In this document: one piece after another, positions 50,309-61,875 of the stretch
Layout: each line of letters opens with the position of its first letter
Numbering within the stretch: position 1 is the first letter of the stretch
NCBI RefSeq assembly: GCF_036321535.1
Contig: NC_087447.1
Location: 36,458,001-36,522,000, forward strand
From: Camelus dromedarius
Lineage: Eukaryota
Reading direction: 5' to 3'
Length of the DNA stretch: 64,000 bases
Notes under the pieces: generated by a model
The model's input: the letters and a program-made list of their open reading frames with translations, nothing else
What the model was told of the DNA's origin: nothing
The model's database searches: none
Translations under genes and position numbers: made by a program

Positions 50309-52764
50309 TTTACTTACAGTTCTCTGACTCTATGAATTTGGGAGTAACAGTTATCTACTCTGGTCTTGAAGTATTTTTTATTTTTAAAAATGGAAGCATT
50401 ACTCTGTAGACTGTGAGCATCTAATAATTTTATTGTGTGGGCTGTTTTTAGTATGAATAGTTGACATATCTTTCCTCTATCTGTGCTGGCTGTTATCCCC
50501 TTGACTGGGGGTGTGGTTGGTGTTGTGACCAGAGCCTGCCCTGGTTGTTGAGTGGGGCCTTCTCTTTGCTCTTTGGTTGTCACAGCCCCAACAGGGGCTG
50601 GGTCTGTGCCCTTGTTTTTAGAATAGAGACTTCCAGACCCCTTTCTGAACAGTGTATAGTCGACAGGATTGCAGTGCTTCTGCTGGAAGAGGAGCTGCTG
50701 AATATTCCTCCACAGAAGATGTCCACCATTGATTGCCCTCTGTGGTGGTGTCTGTCACTTGTTACGCAGGCTTACAAAGTACAGTTTGCTGATGCTGCCC
50801 TTGTCCCCACCTCAGCTGTGGGAATGTCAGCAACCTGCTCTGGTGTCCCCCAGGTTCTGTGTTTGCAGGATTCAAGTTTTAGCCCTGCCTCCACTGGAGA
50901 TCCATGTACCAGGGATTATGTCCCTCCAGAGCAAGCCAAGAAGACGGCTGTATCTGAATCACACCTCTCTGCTTCTGAGAAAGTGTGCCAACAATGATGC
51001 CAAGCAATGCCTTCTGAGCTGGTGGAGATAACTGCTATGGCTGGGCTGTGTTGTGCCCCTCCTCCACACCTATACCAGCTGGGGTCCCAGACTGTTCTGT
51101 TTTGCGCACTCTCAACCCCAGTGTGCACCACACTCCAGCCCCAGTCCTCTCCCTGGGCTCATCCTTAGAAGCCTGAGCTCCAGCAGTCTGGCCTGGCTTG
51201 CCCCTGCCTGCTCACATTTTGGTGATGGGGACTGCAAGGACCCTTTTGGCTGGTTTGTCTCAGTTCTGTCTGCCAAGTGGCTACTGCTTTCTCCTCCAAG
51301 CCTCCAGAGCTCTTTTTGTCCCTACTGATCTCCCACTGGAGAGGGGGCTTCTCAGGGTGAGGGTGCTTTTCCTCCTCTGCCACTCCCTCCCTGGGGGACA
51401 GATCATGCACTGATTTCATTTTTCTTTCTTTGTTTTTTTTTTTCCTTCTACCTGTTTTTTTTTGAGGATTTTCTTGTATTTCCAAAATAAGAGCTATTCT
51501 GCCAAAGTTCAGTAGGTATTCTGTGTGGATTGTTCAATTTTTAGATATAATTTTTGGTATATTTGTGGGAGAGGGACAGCTATGCATCCTTCTACTCTGC
51601 CATTTTGGTAGTCTCCCCATATCAAATATTTTTTATTCCCTTCTAGATAGGTATTATTCAACACCATACTAATTTTCCAGTTTTCCTAATTGTGTCATAG
51701 TACTATATGATGTTTACTAAATCAACTTAACTTAAGAGTGTCAGCTCAGAGTAGGCTGTAATTGTTTATGGCATAGAGGATCTCATTCTAACGTTAGACT
51801 TGAATGTATAACTTTTAAGAATGTTATATAAAGCTTTTTAAAAAAACCCTTTGGTTTCCTGAGAGATCTGAATCTCACTCTTTTGTAACTTCCAGGATTG
51901 GGCAATATACAGTACGTATTTCTTTATGAAGTGCACGGGTAGCGACATTTTGTAACTAAATATTTAGAAAAATTACTTTCATTTGTGGAAAGTTCTAATT
52001 GTTGCTATGTGCAATAAATGTTTGACTCAGCCTTTATCATTTGACCAAACTAATAGACTCTTAAGTATGAATAGATAAAAACAAAACTCCCACACTAACT
52101 CATAGAGTGATACATATTTTAGTTGCCTGCCTTTTTTAGTGGGGAGGGGTTAGTAAATAAGGCTGATCTTTGTAAATTACACAGATCTCACTTTTATTCT
52201 GAGAATTTTCATCCCACATTTAAGTTTTATACTGGACTTTGTAAAATGTCAGCTATACAATATATATTTTCCTGTTATTATTTTAGCTCACTGGATTTTT
52301 ATGATTAACAGAGATTTCAAAAAGCACAGAACCTCTGTATTTTACTTTATAGTTTGTCAAAAAAGTACTAATTTATTTTGGGGCTATATATATTAAAGTT
52401 TATTAAGGTATTGGAGACAGTTTTAGATATTACTGCAGTAGTTTTTCTCTGCATACAGTATTTAAGTACCAATGAAATATGCAAAGTAGAAGGTATAGCT
52501 TTTGTAAGCGAAGAAGATATAGATCTGTAGGCAAAATGTACACTACAAATTTGGTTAAAAAGGTCTAGAATATTTATAGAGAACTCTGAATTGCTAACTA
52601 AGAAGTGCATAAAACATATTCTATTTGATCATTTTTGGTTTTGGATAAAACCAAAATTAAAATTAAAATTATTTTTGTGTTACTGCTTTAAATTTAACCC
52701 CATGTTTATAAATATTATGGCATATATGCCAAATAGGAGAGTGTCACATGGTATGAATCTATTT

Positions 52765-55700
52765 TAAAGCGAGTTTCTTGTAGATGGCACACAGTTGGGT
52801 CTTGGTTTTTATCCAATCTGAAAATCTTTGCCTTTTATTTAGAGTTCTTAGACCATTTAGACTCTTTTTTTTACCTTCATGTTATAAAGATATTTTTCTT
52901 AGGAGTCTATGTTGGCAGTTTTTTTCCTTCAATATTTTAAAGATGTTACTTCATGGTCTTTGAGCTTGCATAGCTTCTAATGAAGAGTCTGCTGTCACTC
53001 TTCCCCCCATCCCTCATATGTATTGTGTCATTCCCCACCTCCCCCACTGCTTTTAAAATGTTCTGTTTATCACTGTTTTGCAGCAATTTGATTATGATGT
53101 ACTGTATGTCTTCTTTATGTGGTTTCTTTATGTTTCTTCTTGTGCTTTATTAAACTTCTTGGCGCTATAGGTTTATAGTTTTCTTCCAAGTTTAATCCCT
53201 TAGGCTGTATTTCTCACTTTTCCTCCTGTCTTTTGGGATTCCACTTACATGTATGCTAGATTACTTGATGCTCTGTTCATTTTTTAAGATTCTACTTTTC
53301 TCTGAATGCTTCAACTTGAATCATTTCTTTTGCTATGTCTTCAACTGTTAATCCTATTCAGTGTTTTTTATTTCACGTATTTTTCCTCTCTAGAAATTAT
53401 GCATCTTTTTAATATATTCCATTTATCTTCTTAACATGTTCATGTTTTTCTCTATATTTTTGAACATATGGAGCATATTTTAATAGCTATTTTAATATCC
53501 ATCATCTCTGTCACTACTGGGTCTATTTCTGTTGGTTGATTTTTCTTCTGGTCATGAGGCATATTTTCCTGTTTCTTTGCAAGCCTGTAATTTTTAAAAA
53601 CTTTTAAAAATTATTGTGATAATAGTCATATAATAGAAATTAGTAATTTCAGCAATTTAAAAGTATACAATTCAGTGGTATTTAGTACATTCATAATGTT
53701 GAGCAACCATCTGTAACTATATAGTTACAGAACATTTTCATCACTCCAGAAGTAAAACTATACCTTTTAAGCAGTTGCTCTCTATTTCTCTCTCCTCCCA
53801 GCCCCTGGCATTCACTAATCTTTCTGTCTCTATGGATTTCCTGTTTTAAATATTTCATATAAATGACATCATACAATGTATCTGGCTTCTTTTCCTTAGC
53901 ATATTTTCTAGGTTCATCTGTGCTGTAGCACATATCAGTACTTCATCTATATTTATGGCTGAATAATATTCTCTTGTGTCTATACCTTAATTTATTTATT
54001 CATTTATCAGTTAATGGACACTTGAGTTGTTTCTATCTTTTGGCTATTGTGAAAGAGTGCTGCTATGAACATTCATGTGTAAGTTTTTGTTTGAACATCT
54101 GTCTTCAGTTTTTTTTTTTTTTTGATTACACCTAGGAGTGAAATTGCTTGGTCCTATGGTAATTCTGTTTATCATAACAGGACTTGCCAAACTGTTTTTC
54201 ACAGTGGCTGCACCATTGCACATTCTCTTTAGCAATATATGAAGGTTCCATTTTCTCTGTGTCCTCAGTAACACTTGTTATTTTCTGTTGTTGTTGTTTT
54301 TTTTTAAATTATAGCTATCCTAGTGGATATTAAGTGGTATCTCATTGTGGTTTTGATTAGAATTTTTCTAAAGAATAATAATGTTGAGCATCTTTTCATA
54401 TGCTTATTATCCATTTGTATATTTTCTTTGGGAAATATCTGTTCAAATCTTTTGCTCATTTAAAAATTGGTTTGTCTTTTCTTTGTTTAGTTGTTAAAGT
54501 TCTTTATATATTGTGGCATTAGACCTCTATTAGATAGGCTATTTGCAAATATTTTCTCCATTCTTTGGGTTTTCACTTTCTTAATAGTGTTCTGTGATGC
54601 ACAGAAGTTTTTAATTTTGATGAAGTCCAATGTATATATTGTTTCTTCTGTTACGTGTACTTTTGATATCATGTCTAAAAAACCATTGCCAAATCCAAAG
54701 CCATGAAGATTTATTCCTATATTTTTCCTAAGAATTTTATAGTTTTAGTTCCTAAATAAAGATCTTTGGTCTATTTTGAGTTAATTCTGTTTTTTTTTTT
54801 TTAATATGGTGTAAGGTAAGGATATTTTACATGTGAATATCCAGTTTTCCTAGCATCATTTGCTGAAGAGACTATCCTTTTCCCAAGGGTCTTGGCACCC
54901 TTTTTAAAATTAACTGACAATAGATGGATAGGTTTATTTCTAGGCTCTCATTTTCTGTTACATTTATCTATATGTTTATCCTTATGCTGATACCACAACG
55001 TTTTGATTACTGTAACTTTGTAGTAAATTTTGAAATTGGAAAGTATGAGTTTTCCATCTTTTCTCATCTTTCTCCAGAATGTTTTGGATATTAAAGGTCC
55101 CTTGCAGTTTCATATAAATTTTAGATCAGCTTTTCGTTTCTGCAAAAATGGCCATGGATTTTGATAGGGATTGTACTGAATCTGTAGATTCATTTGGGTA
55201 GTATTGCCATGTTAATAATATTAAGTCTTACAATCTATGAACATGGGATGTCTTTCTCTTTGTTTAGGTCTTCTTTACTCCCTTTCAATAATGTTTTGTA
55301 AGGCTGTAATTTGTGATTAAATGATGAGCATTGCAAATTTTATGATATTGAATGCTAGATTTTGTTTTGTTCCTTTTAATAATACTATGATATGTCTGGA
55401 ACATAAAATTACTTGGAATTAGGTAAGTGAGGCTTGCCTTTAAACTTTTTTAGTGAGGTAGCACATGTTAGTAATAATTTAAGCCCATTACTTGATGAGA
55501 CCTTTTTGATGACTTTTCTCAGTGTCCATGTATTTCCTCTGTAGTTGAAGGAATACAAACTGTTGTCAGCCCTGGGTGGGCTTCATATATTTTTCAACCT
55601 ATTATTTTACAATAGTTACATTTCCAGAATAGGATAATTCCCTCTAACCTATGTGCAAATCTCTCTTCAATCAGAAACTGAATGGGACCCCTCTGCACAT

Positions 55701-56020
55701 CTCTGAATCCCTTTCTCTGTTCTGTGTTCCTCTTTTTAAAAGTACTTTCCCATGTTAATTCTAGTCTTTTTGGTCTTTCTGGTCTTTCATCTTTGTTTCT
55801 TCAACTCAACTAGACCTCTGGACTCTTGTTTGGGATCCCCTTGTCTGTACTGTGGCCTAAAGACTCTAGAAGCAATCATAGGCTCACCTCATTTGTTTTT
55901 CTTTTCTCAGGAATGATAGTCTTGTACTGCCTATTGTTTAGTTTCTGAAAATCATAGTTTCGTATATTTCAGTTTCTGGTTATTTAAAGCATGAAGGTTA
56001 CTTCAATACTGTCAGAAGTA
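52765..56020 (-). mobile_element. Ancient L1M 5'/ORF1-region remnant (parts ~52765-53593 and ~55300-56020)
   Basis: tttcttgtagatggcacacagttgggtcttgg...atccaatctgaaaatct; cagcaatttgattatgatgt; the sequence continues after the nested L1. Confidence 0.65.
53594..55299 (-). mobile_element. L1MB-like 5'-truncated element nested in the older L1
   Basis: 3' UTR plus ORF2 remnants (LDFIKIKNFCASQNTIKKVK); TSD aagcctgtaattt (53581-53593) vs aaggctgtaattt (55300-55312). Confidence 0.85.
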
Positions 56021-58676
56021 GAAGTTGTGAATAACTGTGTCAAAGAAAAGTCAAGTTGAACTTTCACTGATGTAAAATGAAGAGAACACCTTAATTCTTG
56101 TTTAGTGCCTAGAAGAATTTAGGCACTGTCTTTAATAAATTTATCTTAGAAGTTGAATACATCCTTAATGCTAGTTAATTATTATTGAGAATTTTTTAAT
56201 TGTGCCATTTTCCAAGTAAATACTGGCTTAATGACACAATGTCCACAATGTTAAGAATTCTTTAAAAAATTCAACCTTAAAAGTGTAACATTTTAATGAT
56301 GACAGGTGTGTGTGTTAGATGGAAGGGGAGATACGATCTTGAACTCTCTTGCTTCAATTTCATCTTTAAAATTAAGAAAATAAAAATATAGTTCTGATAT
56401 ATAAAAAATGATATATGTAATGGGATATATGTATGTGTTTTTAGGAGAGTACCAGACATATGCTAAGTGCTATGTAAGTGTGAAACATTATTATTATCTT
56501 AATCATAATAATTATTTTTATTATCATATGAGGAGACATGGAGGGAATTAAATCATTAAATTTAAAGCTATAAAATATTTATATAATTTAATATCAAGTT
56601 ATTCCTGGATATATTAATTTTGAATATCCTTGGCATGAAGAGTTGGAGACACAGTCTGGAGTTTGGGCTAGTAATATAGAGCTCAACAAAGAATTATGGT
56701 TCTGTGAAACTTGAGTATATTAGCTAGCAAATTTTTTCCTTAGATCTGTGATGTCATTACTGAAATCATCAATATTGAGAACTGAAAGGAAACTAAGCTG
56801 AGATTTTTACTGGGCTAGAAATTAAAAGATCTATAGCATAGACGTTCACATTTTAAATAGAAGCTCAGGTTATTGATATTGTTAAACTCTAAAAATGATA
56901 TTATAGTTAGATTTTGGGCAAAAATATATGCCAGTATATATTAGTCTACACAGTAAATATATTCTAGAAAGTTGCATTTTCATTCAATTTGGTTATTTTC
57001 ATTTCCAACTTTAGTATGGAGGAATATACTACTAAAAAGAACATGTTTTTGAGTCCTTAATAATAGATATTATGTGGTATATTAGTAAGTGCTCAATTAA
57101 CACCTCTACCAAGTTAACTTTTAAAACAATTTTTTGTAGAAGTGTTGTGTGTAGACTACTCTTAATTTGGAAATAAAATACCATACCTTTTCAGAAGTGG
57201 AGTTATTAGACTAACTACAGGTAATATAAATATAATGTTAGCTATCATTTACCAATCAGGCCCTTGATACTCGAAAAAAGTACTCCACTGATTTGATCAG
57301 TCAGTCTTTAAAATAACATCTGTTTATTGAACAAACTTTTGAATTCTAATGGTGCAGAGTATTGAGGTTACTTAAGACATTAGTGTTTTTGTTCATGTTA
57401 TGTTAAGATTGGGTAATATTTCTATTTTAGCTCAGCAGAATTTAAATGCAGCTGCATACTTGATTCTGAAGTCTTCTTGATTTGCTGTTTCTGGAGTTAT
57501 TAAATTCTTAGTCATACTATTGATTAAAATGCTCAAGATTTTTTACCTTGCTAAATTCTGTAGGACAGGTTTGTTCTGGGAGACTTTTGTGAATCAACAG
57601 CTTAACTTAACAATTGCTTTAGAAATTTATGAAGTCATGCTTTATACCATTATTTTTATAAGTAACACTAGAAAATACAGTAGTTAGAAGCAGATTTGGA
57701 AATGGTAGGGTCTAGTGTGTAAAGTTATTGCATATGAGTGCAGAGAGATGTTATTTCAATGATCTGTTTTTATTACTAGCTTCCGTTTTTATTAAGGATA
57801 ATGAAAACCTTGTGTCTGGGCCTGTGAACAAAACTAATGTGACCTTTGATGTGACCCACCTGTTTTGCTTTCACAATCAGTAATAGTCCCCTCATGTGAG
57901 GGTGATCTGGGGAATAACAATGTGCCAGCATGATGGAAAATAACATTTGCAAATTTAAACTGCAGAATTGAAATATGCTTGGATTAGATCCTAGATTAAA
58001 GTAATGAAAACAACTTATCTAACCAAATATTTTGAGAAAAGAAGATGTTAACAGATGCCTGATTCACAATGCCTTTTTTAGGGGGAGTTGTTCCTTGGTT
58101 ATATACTTGTCTATCATGCTCCTTAAAATAAATGCCCTTCTAAATCAGTATTTGGCAATTCTTGCAACTAAGAAAGCAAAATAACCAATGCCTGGATTGT
58201 AGACATTCCCAGTGTTGTTACATTTATGAAAAATTAAAAATTTTATTTAGCATTTAAGACCAATTTTTTAAAGCATCAATCATGCTTTTAAAAAAGAAAG
58301 AAACAAGGAATAAGCAGTTTTCTTATTTGATTCTTGGAGAATGTGTATAAATAATAGCTTTCCCTGCTAGACCATGTCTGGCCTGGATTTACCTGGATAG
58401 TAGTCTACTAGCTAAAGAACTGTACCAATTTTGCAAATAAATTTAAGAACACCTGCATCTGGTAGATATTTTCACAAGCTTATGTTCTTTAGCATATTTG
58501 TTCTTAGAAAGATCTTAGTGATAATATATTTAGTGTCTCAAAACTAATGTACTACTGCTCTGCAATATACAGGCTAAATCCCGTCATCATGGATATCACT
58601 CTGTTATAAAAACATTGACATGTCTTGGTTTCTGACTTAGGTTAAAGATAATTCCTAATTGTTTAATACTCATCTT

Positions 58677-61454
58677 TTTTTAAAATTTTTTATTGATTTA
58701 TAATCATTTTACAATGTGTCAAATTCCAGTGTTCAGCACAATTTTTCAGTCATTCATGGACATATACACACTCATTGTCACATTTTTTTCTCTGTGAGTT
58801 ATCATAACATTTTGTGTATATTTCCCTGTGCTATACAGTGTAATCTTGTTTATCTATTCTACAATTTTGAAATCCCAGGCTATCCCTTCCCACCCTCCAC
58901 CCCCCGGTAACCACAAGTCTGTATTCTCTGTCTGTGAGTCTATTTCTGTCCTGTATTTATGCTTTGTTTTTGTTTGTTTGTTTTTGTTTTTGTTTTTTAG
59001 ATTCCACATATGAGCGATCTCATATGGTATTTTTCTTTCTCTTTCTGGCTTACTTCACTTAGAATGACATTCTCCAGGAGCATCCATGTTGCTGCAAATG
59101 GCATTATGTTGTCGGTTTTTATGGCTGATTAGTATTCCATTGTATAAATATACCACAGCTTCTTTATCCAGTCACCTGTTGATGGACATTTAGGCTGTTT
59201 CCATGTTTTGGCTATTGTAAATAGTGCTGCTATGAACACTGGGGTGCAGGTGTCATCCTGAAGTAGATTTCCTTCTGGATACAAGCCCAGGAGTGGGATT
59301 CCTGGGTCATATGGTAAGTCTATTCCTAGTCTTTAGAGGAATCTCCACACTGTTTTCCATAGTGGCTGCACCAAACTGCATTCCCACCAGCAGTGTAGGA
59401 GGGTTCCCCTTTCTCCACAGCCTCTCCAGCATTTGTCATTTGTGGATTTTTGAATGACGGCCATTCTGACTGGTGTGAGGTGATACCTCATTGTAGTTTT
59501 GATTTGCATTTCTCTGATAATTAGTGATATTGAGCATTTTTTCATGTGCTTTTTGATCATTTGTATGTCTTCCTTGGAGAATTGCTTGTTTAGGTCTTCT
59601 GCCCATTTTTGGATTGGGTTGTTTATTTTTTTCTTATTGAGTCGTGTGAGCTGCTTATATATTCTGGAGATCAAGCCTTTGTCAGTTTCACTTGCAAAAA
59701 TTTTCTCCCATTCCGTAGGTTTTCTTCTTATTTTACTTCTGGTTTCCTTTGCTGTGCAGAAGCTTGTAAGTTTCATTAGGTCCCATTTGTTTATTCTTGC
59801 TTTTATTTCTTCTAGGAGAAAATTTTTGAGATGTATGTCAGATAATGTTTTGCCTATGTTTTCCTCTAGGAGGTTTATTGTATTCTGTCTTATGTTTAAG
59901 TCTTTAATCCATTTTGAGTTGATTTTTGTATATGGTGTAAGGGAGTGTTCTAGTTTCATTGTTTTACATGCTGCTGTCCAGTTTTCCCAACACCATTTGC
60001 TGAAGAGACTGTCTTTATTCCATTGTATATTCTTGCCTCCTTTGTCGAAGATGAGTTGACCAAAAGTTTGTGGGTTCATTTCTTGGCTCTCTATTCTGTT
60101 CCATTGGTCTATATGTCTGTTTTGGTACCAATACCATGCTGTCTTGATGACTGTAGCTCTATAGTATTGTCTGAAGTCTGGGAGAGTTATTCCTCCAGCC
60201 TCTTTCTTTCTCTTCAGTAATGCTTTGGCAATTCTAGGTCTTTGATGGTTCCATATAAATTTTATTATGATTTGTTCTAGTTCTGTGAAATATGTCCTGT
60301 GTAATTGGATAGGGATTGCATTAAATCTGTAGATTGCCTTGGGCAGTGTGACCATTTTAACAATATTGATTCTTCCAATCCAAGAGCATGGAATATCTTT
60401 CCATTTTTTAAAGTCTTCTTTAATTTCCTTCATCAATGGTTTATAGTTTTCTGTGTATAATTCTTTCACCTCCTTGGTTAGATTTATTCCCAGATATTTT
60501 ATTACTTTGGGTGCTATTTTAAAGGGGATTGTTTCTTTACTTTCTTCTTCTGTTGATTTATCGTTAGTGTAAAGAAATGCAACTGATTTTTGAACGTTAA
60601 TTTTGTAACCTGCTACCTTGCTGAATTCTTCAATCAGCTCTAGTAGCTTTTGTGTGGACCTTTTAGGGTTTTCTATATATAGTAACATGTCATCAGCATA
60701 GAATGACACTTTTACCTCTTCTTTTCCAATTTGGATCCCTTTTATTTCTTTCTCTTGCCTGACTGCTGTGGCTAGGACTTCCAGGACTATGTTGAATAGG
60801 AGTGGTGATAGTGGGCATCCTTGTCTTGTCCCAGATTTTAGTGGGAAGCTTTTGAGTTTTTCACCGTTGAGTACTATGCTGGCTGTAGGTTTGTCATATA
60901 TAGCTTTTATTATGTTGAGATATGTTCCCTCTATACCCACTTTGGTGAGAGTTTTTATCATAAATGGGTGTTGAATTTTATCAAATGCTTTTTCTGCATC
61001 GATTGAGATGATCATGTGGTTTTTGTCCTTTCTCTTGTTGATGTGATGTATTACACTGATTGATTTGCGTATGTTGAACCAGCCTTGTGTCCCTGGGATG
61101 AACCCCACTTGGTCATGATGTATAATCTTTTTTATGTGTTGTTGGATTCTATTTGCTAAAATTTTGGTGAGGATTTTGGCGTCTATGTTCATCAGTGATA
61201 TTGGCCTATAATTCTCTTTTTTTGTAGTGTCTTTGCCTGGTTTTGGTATCAGGGTGATGGTGGCTTCATAGAATGAGTTTGGGAGTATTCCCTCCTTTTC
61301 AATCGTCTGGAAGAGTTTGAGAAGGACTGGTATGAGTTCTTCTTTGTATATTTGGTAGAATTCCCTGGTGAAGCCGTCCGGTCCTGGACTTTTATTTGTA
61401 GGGAGGTTTTTAATTGCTATTTCTATTTCCTTTCTAGTGATCAGATTGTTCAAG
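58677..61454 (-). mobile_element. Young 5'-truncated LINE-1 with perfect 18-bp TSD
   Basis: TSD ttgtttaatactcatctt at 58659-58676 and 61455-61472; minus-strand nick site TTT/AAGA fits the L1 endonuclease preference; AATAAA and a short A tail at the 3' end. Confidence 0.95.
58997..61453 (-). pseudogene. L1 ORF2 fragment (Z region, RT, C-terminal CCHC): 706-aa open frame, no EN domain, two premature stops
   Basis: [29 protein letters not shown] and CWRGC-x8-HCWWEC are all intact; in-frame TAA at 59333-59335 and 59129-59131; natural stop at 58997-58999 in the same frame. Confidence 0.95.
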
Positions 61455-61749
61455 TTGTTTAATACTCATCTTAAATCTTCTGTAGATACCTTTTCCTCTT
61501 TGGCAGCTGCAAGGACATTAGCAACATGGCTATACCTTGGTTGATGAGGGTCCTATTGACAGGGCCTTTGTAGATGGAGGAAGAGAGGGTGGCATCAAGG
61601 TTTTAGTTGGAGATGTGATGGGATGAAGCTATACTAATGTCTTATGCTTGGCTTTTGGAATTGCTGCTGCCCAAACCAGGGGAGTCCTTACTTCTTTTTG
61701 GGTGGTAGGGAATTAGGATCAGGAAATACTTTACTTTGGGATCCCGAGG

Positions 61750-61875
61750 TAGAACTTAATGCATATTTTCTTATAGAGACTGGGGTGTTGTAATTCAGTG
61801 CTTAGCTATGCTAGAACTTAATGCATATTTTCTTATAGAGACTAGAGTGTCATATAATTCAGTGCTTAGCTATGC
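61750..61875. repeat. Tandem duplication, 62-bp and 64-bp units
   Basis: tagaacttaatgcatattttcttatagagact...taattcagtgcttagctatgc at 61750-61811 and 61812-61875, differing only in the centre. Confidence 0.95.

Larger units (their letters stand above)
41476..51637 (-). mobile_element. Full-length decayed LINE-1 (outer element), interrupted in ORF1 by ~3.5 kb of other L1 sequence
   Basis: 3' UTR and poly-T from ~41483, ORF2 41808-45597, ORF1 split (~45960-46495 and ~49966-50308), 5' UTR to ~51618 ending tctactctgccattttggtagtctcccc; degenerate TSD atatcaa(a)t(a)tttttt at ~41476 and ~51619. Confidence 0.85.

Noticed and set aside
59499..60974. Hydrophobic + strand ORFs (also 42019-43808)
   Set aside because: These are antisense shadows of L1 ORF2, a well-known artefact.
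59333..61453. 706-aa reverse transcriptase ORF as a host gene or novel RT system
   Set aside because: It is a canonical LINE-1 ORF2 fragment bounded by a TSD, 5'-truncated, without a true ATG start or promoter, and with premature stops.
61750..61875. Repeat-variable core-repeat pattern reminiscent of CRISPR
   Set aside because: Only two units, a eukaryotic context and no cas genes; it is a simple tandem duplication.
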